Source: Octopus sinensis (taxonomy: Eukaryota). From it: a DNA stretch of 64,000 nt. Position 1 is the first letter of the stretch; every line of letters begins with the position of its first letter. The translations under genes were made by a program, and so were the position numbers. The notes under the pieces are model-generated. The model saw nothing but the letters and a program-made list of their open reading frames with translations, ran no database searches and was not told the DNA's origin. Positions 1 through 11,991 of the stretch are shown piece by piece. Location of the stretch: the NCBI RefSeq assembly GCF_006345805.1, contig NC_043002.1, positions 40,920,001 to 40,984,000 of the forward strand, given 5' to 3'.

Positions 1-30
1 CACACATAAACATATATACAAACATGTGTG

Positions 31-62
<32 letters not shown>

Positions 63-955
63 TATATATATGCCCACACACATAAATATATATACATACA
101 TACATGTGTGTGTATATATATATGCATGTATGTACACATAAAATATATATATGTATATGTATGTATATATAATATATATCCATATGCATATACACATGTG
201 TGTATGTATATAGATACACAGACAGCACATGCACACATACACATATATACATATATATATCTATATATAAATATATATCCATATCTGTGGTGTATGCATT
301 ATCTGTGTTGTGTGGGTGTGTGTGTGTATGTGTGTGTGTGTGTCAGTGTGTATCTAAAGAAGCAACTACCGCTACAGATAGGATAGAGGATGCATGCTGC
401 AAATAGAGCATGACTAATGTCATATTGAGGGACAAAGTACAACTACAGGTACGACAAGAGGAAGTAAAGAAAGACTCACTTGGTGAATCGTCCACTTGAA
501 GTGTGCAGGTGATACGCTGGAATCCGACTTGAGGCACAAAAGCAAAAGTGGAGGAAGAAATTGTTCAGTTGTAGGCGAATAAGTTTACAAAATGTGTATG
601 TTACAGAAGAACAAACTAAACCCTGCTGTTTCCTATGGAAAGTTGTAACCTGCAGAACATGCACAATATATTTCTTTACTACCCACAAGGGGCTAAACAC
701 AGACAGGACAAACAAGGACAGACAAACAGATTGAGTCGATTACATCGACCCCAGTGTGTAACTGGTACTTAATTTATCGACCCCGAAAGGATGAAAGGGA
801 AAGTCGACCTCGGCGGAATATGAACCCAGAATGTGACGGCAGTTGAAATACGGCTACGCATTCTGCCAGCTTGCCGCCTTAGAACATGCACAATAGATAT
901 ATGTGTGTGTGTGTGTACAAACATATATTTGTATAAATGTTTACGTACATGTGCA

Positions 956-1017
<62 letters not shown>

Positions 1018-1591
1018 CATAGAATAAAAGTATGTACCAGGAAAACAGAAAATAGGACAAAAGAAAACACAACAGGGACAGGAATATATATATATGTTTT
1101 CATTCATCAATTGTTTATTGAAGTGCTGCAGCTTTGGTACATTAACAACATGACTGTTCACTTCAGGGTGTCAATAGACTTAACAGTAATTATATATATA
1201 TATATAAGAAACAAGTTTAAAATATTGGTCATTACATATTTTTCCTTTATTGGAGCAAATTTGGCTAACAGTTGTTTCCAGCGGTCATTATAGATACATT
1301 ACTGATAAGTTTACTCAATTGATCTATTGATCTATTGAAGAAACTTGAATGACCTAAAAAAATTAATGGTACTTTCATCAGAGCCATTTCTGGTTACAAC
1401 AAGCAGAGCACTTATATATATGTATAAAATTTCAGCTTTCATTTTACTGTAATGTATTTACAGTTTAAGTAATACTGAAGGGTCCTGAAAAGCTTGAAAT
1501 AGTACTATGTATGATTACCACTAACTAGAAACTGTAATAACTTTGTCATAGAGAATATATATATATACATAAACACACATACATACATACA

Positions 1592-1640
<49 letters not shown>

Positions 1641-1695
1641 GGTCCAACCCATGCTAGCATGGAAAGCGGACGTTAAACGATGATGATGATGATGA

Positions 1696-1737
<42 letters not shown>

Positions 1738-3300
1738 TCATCATCATCATCATCATCGTTTAACATATATATATATATATGTTCATACATGTGAAATCTT
1801 CATATCCTTTTCATCTTCCTTGATTTTGAATTCGAATTTCTAAGCTGGTCTCATGTTGCAAAGAGATAGTTACTTTGCTTGGTATTAATGGCCATTTAGA
1901 AGGCATCATGCATGTTTGAAGAACTTTAGTTGAAGTTTCGTGAAAATCCATTTTAATGTCGGATGTTGGTCAGAGCATGTGTGTTTATGAATGTAAGCCT
2001 GTTTGACTATGTGAAGGATATAGAAGATAACAACCAGAATATTCAGTGAAGGCTTACAAAATCATTTGTAGTTAATGCTATAACAATTGGCTGCTGGAAG
2101 ATTCTTTCACAAGGTAGAGGCTCACTGAAAACTGCTAATACCCTGTATACAAACACTATGAATGTTTTCCCTGTCTCTAAATTACTGATCCATTCTATGA
2201 ATAAAATACACACGCACACACACACACACACAACACACACACACACACACACACATACACACACACACAAAAATGCAGGGAACATTACATGAATTCCCTC
2301 CAGGCTCTAATTAACTTGCATTTAATTTTTCTGTAATGTTGCTCTTCATAATATATCTAACAGAGTTAGAGGTTAAATCATACTGAAGATTCCTAAAAGG
2401 GATGAAATAGTACAATATACATGATTATCACTAACTAGAAATAGTAGGAATAGTAGGAACAAAAAAAAATTTACATATATAGTCATACATATGAACTCTT
2501 TGTATCTTTTTCATACTCCTTGCTTTTGAATTTAGATTACTAATCCTACTTTCCACCGTGAAGAGTTAATCACTTTCCTTTGTATTTATGTCTATCCAGA
2601 GGAAACCATGCATATATTAAAGGCTTGAAATGCCAAAGACTTTTTCCATTCTTCTCAAGCGTTAAACTAATACACCTCCTTGTTGTTCCTTCACTTGTTT
2701 TTGTCTTTTGTTTTCTGTAAATTTGAACAATATATTACACATGCTCACATGGCCACCCCACTTTGATCCTGCCTGACTGAACTTCCTACTCTCTTGGACT
2801 TCCATCTTAAATATCATTTCGAACTTTTGGTACCTTTCCTCATCCACCTAACCATCTTTCCACCCAGATTACCATTGGATCTTAGTACTCTTTCGGACTC
2901 TACCTCCACGGATCTTTCATTGATATATATATATATATATTCTTTTACTTGTTTCAGTCATTTGACTGTGGCCATGCTGGAACACTGCCTTTAGTTGAAC
3001 AAATCAATCCCAGTACTTATTCTATCAGTCTCTTATGCCAAACCGTTAAGTTACAGGATCATGAAGACACCAACATCAATTATCAAGCAATGGTGGTGGT
3101 GTTGGTGGTGGTGGGGGCAACATAGTCATGCAAATACATACACACACACTTATATGATGGGCTTCTTTCAATTTCCATCTACCAGATCTGCTCACAAGGC
3201 TTTGGTTGGCCTGAGGCTATAGTAGAAGGTGCCATGCAGTGAGACTGAACCCAGAACCATGTTGTTGCGAAGCATCTTACCACACAGCCCCTCCTGCACC

Positions 3301-3371
<71 letters not shown>

Positions 3372-4068
3372 GTGCCCTTTAAAAGCCTAGCTAGGCTCAT
3401 GGGCCCGGTTTCCTGGTTTCTATGGCGTATGTGTTCTCCAGCTGGACAAGACGCCAGTCCATCGCAGCATTACTCATTTTTGCCAGCTGAGTGGACTGTA
3501 GCAATGTGAATTGAAGTGTTTTGCTCAAGAACACAACGTGTTGCCTGGTCCAGGAATCGAAACCACAATCTTACGATCATGATGCTGACACCCTAACCAC
3601 TAAGCCATGCGCCTCCACACACACATACACATATATATCAATGAATAAAAGGTTAAACTACTGTCTTTACTTTTATATTTGTCATGCTATATATAGTATA
3701 GTATGAAGTTTCACATCTAATGAACTAAATGTATGTATATTAGTGGTAATGTGGCAATTTTTATTATACAAGATTTGTAAACCATTACAAAGCTTCTTGA
3801 TGTTTACATTCTTTTACAATTCTGTGACGAGTAATCATTAATGTATTTGACCACTCATAAAAAAGAAATTCACTTCATCCAACTGCGATGATATTTAAGT
3901 TGACAATGATGAAATTAAAGTCGATGACAACAACATAATTGAAACTGACAATAACAAAATTGAGTCTAATGACAACTTAATTTGAGACTGACACTGATGA
4001 GGCAGAGGTTGATATTGTCGAATATGAGGTAAGAATCCTGTACCAATATATATACATATATATATATA

Positions 4069-4294
4069 CTTTATTTAAAATCAGCAGAAATTCAACAAAA
4101 CCTGTTACTCGGAGTTTCACGTTCCCGTTTGTCGGACAGTTTTTTTTAACAAAACTGTCTGATGAACGGGAACGTGAAACTCTGAGTAACAGGTTTTGTT
4201 GAATTTCTGCTGCTTTTAAATAAAGCATATTACTCTACCCCTGGTATTTGAGTACTCTTTTTTCCACCTTGTTTCACATTTATGTGTTTACTCC

Positions 4295-4296
<2 letters not shown>
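4069..4296. mobile_element. Foldback hammerhead element (family 2), copy 1
   Basis: Near-perfect palindrome 4069-4225, then a unique 3' extension ending CTCCGG(TA)n. Same sequence family as 26425-26678. Confidence 0.85.
4148..4200 (+). ncRNA. Type-I hammerhead ribozyme, intact (family 2)
   Basis: AACAAAACUGU CUGAUGA ACG-GGAA-CGU GAAA CUC-U-GAG UA^ ACAG-G-UUUUGUU. Stem I 11 bp with one bulge, stem II with a GNRA loop, stem III with a 1-nt loop, GUA cleavage triplet at 4186-4188. Confidence 0.88.
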
Positions 4297-4336
<40 letters not shown>

Positions 4337-5244
4337 CACATATAGGTATGTATGTGTGTATGTGTATATGTATGTATGTATATATGTGAAGGTACATCAC
4401 TTAGTGGTTAGAGTATTTGGCTCATGAGTGTAAGATCGTGAGTTCAATTCTTGGCAGTGCATTGCATTCTTCAGCAAGACAATTTATTTTTTGTTGCTCC
4501 AGTCCACACATCTGGCACTGTAATTGAAAGGGGCCAGCCTAGTCACATTCCATCATATTGAATCTCCCTGAGAACTATATTAAAGGCATGTGTGACTGTA
4601 GAGTACTCAGCCATTCGCACGTTAATTTCACAAGCAGGCTGTTTGGTTGATTGGATCAAATAGAACACTTGTCATCATGACCAACAGGACAGAATGCCAG
4701 TATATATGCATGTTTGTGTGTGTGTGTGTGGTAAGTAGCTTCTTTACCAACCACATGGTTCCAGGTTCAGTCCCACTGCATGGCACCTTGGGGAAGTGTC
4801 TTCTACTATAGCTTTGGGCTGACCAAAGCCTTGTGAGTGGATTTGGTACATGGAAACTGAAAGAAGCCTGTTGTATGTATATATATGAGTATGTGTGTGT
4901 GTATGTGTGTGTGTGTATGTGTTTGTCCCCTAACATCACTTGACAGCCAATGCTGGTGTGTTTACGTCCCTGTAACTTAGTGGTTTGGCAAAAGAGACCA
5001 ATAGAATAAGTACTAGGCTTACAAAGAATAAGTCCTGGGGTTGATTTGCTCAACTAAAGGCAGTGCTCCAGCATGGCCGCAGTCAAATGACTGAAGCAAG
5101 TAAAAGAATAAAAGGATATATATGTATATACACATACACAAAATCATCCAGCAGTTTTATGACAGTGTTACTATCCACAATGGAAATTCACGGACCCTTT
5201 CATAGTTCAAACTGGTGTAAGGCAAAGTTACATACTGTCACCAA

Positions 5245-5738
5245 TGCTATTTTTGCTAGTAATAGACTGGATCTTGAATGAGAAAACATCAGGAAGTGAC
5301 AATGGGATCAGGTGGGCAGTCACGAAGCAACTGGAAGGTTTCTGTTATGCAGATGATATAAGACTGCTTTTACATAACCACTAAGAAATGCAATCCAAGG
5401 CCACAAATTTGGCTGAAGAAGCTATAAAAACCGGCCTCCAAGAGAACCAGAACAAGATGGAAATTTTGAGGCTGAACACCTTTCATCAGGAACCAATTCA
5501 AATAGGTACTCTTTATGACTTTCGTAACCTTCAGGTTTCTGACACATATAGAAAAACGGCCTTGACATTAGAATTGAAGATGCAGAGTTTTGTTTTGAGG
5601 GAAATGACTATGGAGTTCCACTTTAGTTGAAGACTGTTGAAAGCAAGCCAGGCCTTTCCAATCCTGGGCTTCACATCCTCCAACGTTCTGTCTGTCTTTG
5701 AGACAATTTTTCCAAGATGCGCAATCTTTTCAGCCATC
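5245..5738. mobile_element. RTE-clade LINE RT fragment with an internal inversion
   Basis: Plus segment: KQLEGFCYADDIRLL..MQSKATNLAEEAIKTGL. Minus segment (5737->5510): HLGKIVSK..RIGKAWLAFNSL..KTKLCIFNSNVKAVFLYVSET. Confidence 0.85.
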
Positions 5739-5952
5739 AGAAGAGCTTCAGTACCTATTTGTGTGTTTTGTCTGTTATTTCCAGCAAGCAGACATACTTA
5801 GTATGTCCTTTGATTAAATTTAATCCTTCAGCTATTTAATGCTTTTTGGGCCTGCAATCACCTATATTAATATTATTAATCATTTTTAATTGCTACATTA
5901 GATAATAGTAGAGTCAATAATATTTTCCAAATATTTTCTCCTAAATTATTTG

Positions 5953-6021
<69 letters not shown>

Positions 6022-6287
6022 CATGGCCTAGTGCTAGATCATAGGTTTGATTCCCTGACTGGGCGGTGTGTTTTGTTCTTGAGCAAAACACTTCATTTCA
6101 CATTCGACTAGCGGAGATTGTTGGCCTGCTCACCCAGCCAGTGGGGTGGCAGCATTTGAAAGCTAAAACAATGCAAAAAAAGTGCATTGTGGAGTGTATT
6201 GTAACAACATCTGATAGCCTGGTTGATCACGTGATATATACATACACACACACGCACACACATATACATATACATACATACATACAT

Positions 6288-6337
<50 letters not shown>

Positions 6338-9210
6338 TATATATATATACATATTCTTTTATTCTTTTACTTGTTTCAGTCATTTGACTGTGGCCATGCT
6401 GGAGCACCGCCTTTAGTTGAACAAGTTGCCCCAGGACTTATTCTTTGTAGGCCTAGTATTTCTTCTATCAGTGTCTTTTGCCAAACTACTAAGTTATGGA
6501 GATGTAAATACAACAGCGTTGGTTGTCAAGTGATGGTGGGAGGACAAACACAGACACACATATAACAGGCTTCTTCCAGTTTCTGTCTACCAAATCCATT
6601 CACAAGGCTTTGGTTGGCCAGAGGCTGTAGTAGAAGACACTTGCCCAAGGTGCCATGCAGTGGGGCTGAACCCGGAACCATGTGGTTAGTAAGCAAGCTA
6701 CTTACTGCACAGCCATGTCTGCACTGCATATATATATAAAGAATGAATTCACTGAGATAGAATGGAAAGCTGCTGAAGTTGCGTCCAGTAACATTAAATA
6801 TCTGTGCTGTATATTGACTACTGACTGGCAAGATAGGGGATATGAATAGAGAAAAAATCTAAAAATCTTTTCAACACAAACACACTTAAAAAAAAAGCCA
6901 CCTCCATTAGCATGTTCAAATTGAAAATTTAAAATCAAATCATGATCTGAAATCTTACTACTTGAAGGATAATATTATATTTCAATAGGTGGTATTTAAT
7001 TATAAAGTTGAAAGTTAATTATTTCAGTAAGCCTGTCATAATGCTGGATTATTTTGAAAATGTAAACACAACGCAGAATATGTTGTTGTCAGAAATATGG
7101 TTTCTTTCAATTATAAAAAAACAAAGAGTATACAAAACCACATATGACTTCCCTACTAAACCTTGCCCTGGGCTTGAAATTCACAGCACACACATGCGCA
7201 ATCGCACACACATATGCGCACAATCACACACATACACACTATAGCAACGGGTTGTGTATACAGCATGGGTTTATAATGTCACTACACAGTAAATATCAGC
7301 ATTGCAAGTAAATATCAATTGATGATGTTACATGCAAAAGCAAACACAACTGCATAAGCAGGATTCGATTCTGCTATAAAACAAACATGCTTGTGATCAC
7401 ATACAATCTCAGGAATTTATATATACACACAGTTCATAAGTACAGAACAGACATGCACAGCACACTACTGGCTGGCTATAAGCATAATGCACATTTAATA
7501 CTGCATATTTTGTCAATGACAGGAGAAGTGATTTAAAAGTACAAGTTAATCTGTTTGTTCTGGATATAGATCACAGAGACATACTGCTACGATATCTATA
7601 GTTCTGTCTTTGCATGACCCAATTGGCAATGATTGGAATTATTTCAGCTGTTTTATTTAAATACAACCATGAACGATCAAAGTTGCTAGCTATTGCTGTA
7701 GTTTAAAGCTTAGTTCAAGCCTGGGGAATACATTAATTGAAGCCAGTATGCATCCATAGTTACAGATGCTCCAGGCCAGCCAAGAAAGCCCTGAAGCTAA
7801 ATGAAAAGATTCATTAATCCGTGTTAAAAATTTGGGCCTCAGAGTGATTATTTTTATAGTTAAATGATTTAATATCCTTCCTGTTGTATCCTCAAGGGGT
7901 ACAATGCAATCTTAGCAAAAGTGGTAATGTTTGAAATGATGACTTGTGGTTCACAATTCACTTGGCTTTTCTCCTTTTTGGTATGGCTTGGAGCTGTCTT
8001 GGGTAAACTGCAGCCTGTGGGACTTTTGAAAAATTACGTAGAATTATTTTGCTACTGTGGCTCCATCTGATGATGAGCTATGTCTCATGCAGCCTGCTTT
8101 TTGAGAATCATTGCTTATGCATGGTTTAGAGGAAGGAGCTGTTTTTATGACCTCTGTAGGCCCTCCAAAACCAGTAAAATTATTATGGTTGATGTTCTTT
8201 TTGAATAACTATAGGTAAAACAAATGCAAGGAGGGAATTCCAGAGTGTTGATGTTCTGAGAAAGATGACAGGACATGATTCTGAAACCATTATGCAAATT
8301 GGTTCCTAGTTTCATGAATGATGGCATGGACTTCCTAAACCACATTCCAGAGAGGGTAGAGACAAAGACAATTCTAGTTAGTTTCAATGTGACCAGCCTC
8401 TGTACAAATATCTCCCAAATATTCTACTGAAAGCAGTAGAATTCTGGACAGACAAATACCCTCAAAGAATTCAAGAGATATTCCCAAAAGAATTTATACT
8501 GAAAGAATCGTGATTGGTGCCAGTAAACAACTACTTCTTTGATAACTAATAATACCTTCAAATAAAAGATATGGCAATGGTCATAAAAGTTGCATTCATA
8601 TTTGCAACACTAGTGATAGGATTCCTTGAAGAAAAAAAGATCTATGCCTGGTCTGGAATTACTTTTGATCAGCGTTTCCAATCCTATTTAAAAGAAAATT
8701 GGAAAAGATTCCCAAAAGACTACTTCATATTTAAGAATAGAAGGAAAACTTTACAAGACCTACTGAAATTGATAAATAGCATTCATGAATCAATCCAATT
8801 CACAAGGAAATTAAATGAACGGGAATGTTCTTTTTTGGATATTTTGGTAATTAAGGAAAATGAGACTGTTACAGTCAACCTCTTCTGCAAGGATACAGGC
8901 ATACACCAATATTTAGATTTTAAATATTGTCACCCATTAAAAAGAATATCCCATTTAATGCAAGGTGGATAGTTCAATAGTTACAGACACAAACAGATGA
9001 AAGAGATGACTGGTAGAACTAAATATATTCCTTCAGAAATAAAAATACCTATAAAACTTTGCAAATTAAGCCATAAAAAACAAAACAAAACAAAAAAGAT
9101 CACAATCTCTCTCTTACAATGAAACTCTTACAATGAGGAGGATGGCAAAAGCAAAAACATAAATATTTCATTTGTAATCATTCATAATCCTAGTAAACAT
9201 AACGTCTTAT

Positions 9211-9350
9211 ACATTATTTACATTTGATGGATATTTGTCCTTATCTTGTTTGTTGTTAACACAACGTTTCAGCTGATATACCCTCCAGCCTTCATCAGGT
9301 GTCTTGGGGAAATTTCAAACCTGGGTTCTCATTCCTAAGGTATTTTTTGA

Positions 9351-9382
<32 letters not shown>

Positions 9383-9587
9383 CTATTATTCAGGTCACTG
9401 CCTGGAATTGAACTCAGAACCTTGGGGTTAGTAGCCTGCACTCTTAACCACTACACCATATGCCACAAGACACCTGATGAAGGCTGGAGGGTATATCAGC
9501 CAAAACATGTTAACAACAAAGATGAGGACAAATATCGTCAAGTGTAAATAATGTACATAATTCCTCATCTCTTAAATACAGAACTGT
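9211..9587. mobile_element. Non-autonomous tRNA-head + hammerhead-tail element, inverted structure, with 12-bp TSD
   Basis: ATAACGTCTTAT at 9199-9210 and 9588-9599. The minus copy (9464->9211) has a tRNA-like head (TGGTGTAGTGG A box, GAGTTCAATTCC B box), (AAT)n and an HHR tail. The plus copy (9465-9587) is the tail only, with a longer 3' end. Confidence 0.85.
9258..9303 (-). ncRNA. Minimal type-I hammerhead ribozyme, core intact (family 1)
   Basis: GACAC CUGAUGA A GGCUG-GAGGGUAUAU-CAGCU GAAA CG UU^ GUGUU. Stem I GACAC/GUGUU, stem II GGCUG/CAGCU, loopless palindromic stem III (AACGUU). Confidence 0.75.
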
Positions 9588-10014
9588 ATAACGTCTTATG
9601 TTTGGCCAAATGATACCCGCAAATTCTACACTGTTGAAAACTCTCCCCAACATAAAGAATCACAAATTATTACCAGCCAAAGACAACTACCAAATCTTAA
9701 AAGACTCTTAACAAAGGCAAAATTTACAGCAGAAGGAGAAATAATGCAGGTAACAAGATGTGGAGACCTTCATTGTAGGATGTGTGAATTAACTGGACAG
9801 AGCAAAAGCAAAATACATAAGAATGGGGAGGAATTAAAAGGTTAATGCAAATATGAATTGCAAAACAAAAGTTCTCATGTACTGCTTTACATGGCCACAA
9901 TGCAGTGAAAATTACATCAGCTAAACAGGACCAAAATTAATAGATCAGGTTAGGACACAGGTTAGCAAGAAATCAAAGAACTGTTTTATGTAGTGAGCAT
10001 CTAGACATTTACTC

Positions 10015-10388
10015 TTTTATCCTTTTACTTGTTTCAGTCAATTGACTGTGGCCAATAGTCGAGCAAATTGACCCCAGGACTTATTCTTTGTAAGCCTAGT
10101 ACTTATTCTATCATTCTCTTTTGCTGAACCACTAAGTTACGGGGACTTAAACACACCAGCATCGGTTGTCAAGCGATGTTGGGAGGGGGACAAACACAGA
10201 CACATACATATATATACATATAGATATATATGACAGGCTTCTTTTCAGTTTTCGTCTACCAAATCCACTCACAAGACTTTGGTCGGCCCGAGGCCATAGT
10301 AGAAGACACTTGCTCAAGGTGCCACGCAGTGGGACTGAACCCGGAACCATGTGGCTGGTAAGCAAGCTACTTACCACACAGCCATTCC
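10015..10388 (-). mobile_element. tRNA-derived CORE-like SINE (family A, representative copy)
   Basis: Head GGCTGTGTGGTAAGTAGC..GGTTCAGTCCC, then ACCTTGAGCAAGTGTCTTC (CORE-like). About 18 copies, e.g. ~2940-3300, 4715-5105, 6355-6725, 23580-24170, 32880-33295, 33575-33975, 35300-35630, 37645-37945, 43420-43815, 51650-51850, 53750-54000. Assignment to the described octopus OR-type SINEs is inference. Confidence 0.8.
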
Positions 10389-11306
10389 TGTGCCATTTGT
10401 GAAAATGGAAAATTCAAAATATTTCCTTAATTTTTTTTTTTTTCAAAATAAAAGAAAATAATCAACTACAAAAAGCAAATGAAGAATATTTCATAAGAAT
10501 TCTGAAATGGAAACTAAACCAGAAATAGTCAACACAACTAAAACCACTACCTTATAACACGTATTTGAAAAGCCGAAAAAGTGAAAGGCATTTACACAAC
10601 ATGAAACTTCTTCTCATAGGCTTGTGTCATTCTGTTTTCTCTCAATGATTTTTTTTTTAATGTTAGTAATTTTTACTGTAAGGAAATCTTTCTCCAAACA
10701 TGTGTGTATGTGTGTGTCTATATATCTGTGTCTACTTTTGTGCTTCCCAGAAAATTGCTGAGCTACAAGCAATGACATTGCTGTCATTTCCCTTGTCAAC
10801 AAATTCTCCGTTAACATTAAAGGTGTGTGAACAATGCCTTACTTGAAAAACAGGTAAAGTGTTAGTGACATGAAGAGTATCTGGCTGTAAAATAATGCCT
10901 CACAAATATATTCATCTAACCCATAGTAGCATAGAAAAAAAAACATGTAAAATCAAGCAAACTACACACACAAATATATATACATATATATATATCATCA
11001 TCATCATCATCATCGTGTAACGTCTGCTTTCCATGCTAGCATGGGTTGGACGATTTGACTGAGGTCTGGTGAACCAGATGGCTGCACCAGACACCAATCT
11101 GATCTGGCAGAGTTTCTACAGCTGGATGCCCTTCCTAACGCCAACCACTCTGAGAGTGTAGTGGGTGCTTTTACGTGTCACCGGCACGAGGGCCAGTCAG
11201 GTGGTACTGGCAATGGCCATGCTCAAATGGTGCTTTTTATGTGCCACCTGCACAGGAGCCAGTTCACACTATGTGGAAATCCTTACGCTAGAAGAAGATC
11301 CGCTAT

Positions 11307-11350
<44 letters not shown>

Positions 11351-11770
11351 GTATATATGTATATGTATGTATGTATGTACATATATATATACATATATAT
11401 ATATGTATGTATATATATATGTATGTATGTATGATGGACTCTCCTGTTGAAAACGATGTATGAGTGTTCAGCTTTTGCTGAATGACCTGCACAAATGATT
11501 TGTTTATAGTGATCAAGTGTTTGTGCCACACATCAGCTCACTCTCTCCAACAAATCGATGTTCTCTGAACAGGTGCACTGTGTACCATGTGTCTATGTCA
11601 AAGTGATTGCAGAGTGACATAAAATGAAGTGTTTTGCTCAAGAACACAATGTACCACCCAGTCTAGGAATTGAAACCACGATCTCATGATCATAAGTGCA
11701 ACACCCTAACCACTAGGCCATGCACTGTCACATATATATGTGTGTGTGTGTGTGTATACATGCATACTTA

Positions 11771-11991
11771 CAAGGGGGTGCTGAAAAATTCCTGGATTTA
11801 AGGGTATCACGAAAGGCCTGGTTGAAGACCCAACCTTCTGAGTTCTTTAACAGAGCTTAGAAAAGCTAAAGGACTGCTGCAATTAGTGTGTGAATCTGAG
11901 AAGAGTAAATGTTGAATAAAATAATTATAATTAACTGATCATTCCTGTATTTTCTTGTACTCAAAACCATGAACTTTTCAGCATACCCTTG
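11771..11991. mobile_element. Mariner-derived MITE (same TIR family as 41384-41961)
   Basis: TA+CAAGGGGGTGCTGAAAAATTC ... GAACTTTTCAGCATACCCTTG. Confidence 0.7.

Larger units (their letters stand above)
8270..9960 (+). pseudogene. Decayed Penelope-like element (RT + Cys-rich linker + GIY-YIG endonuclease), interrupted at 9211-9587
   Basis: Frame-broken translation: ILKPLCKLVPSFMNDGMDFLNHIP..ILVSFNVTSLCTNI; YLQIKDMAMVIKVAFIFATLVIGFLEEK; ENWKRFPKD (decayed YxDD); SIQFT..CSFLDILV..TGIHQYLDFKYCHP. After the insertion: SQRQLPNLKRLLTKAKF, TRCGDLHCRMC, NMNCKTKVLMYCFTWPQCSENYI (GIY-YIG first motifs). Multiple stops and frameshifts. Confidence 0.9.
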
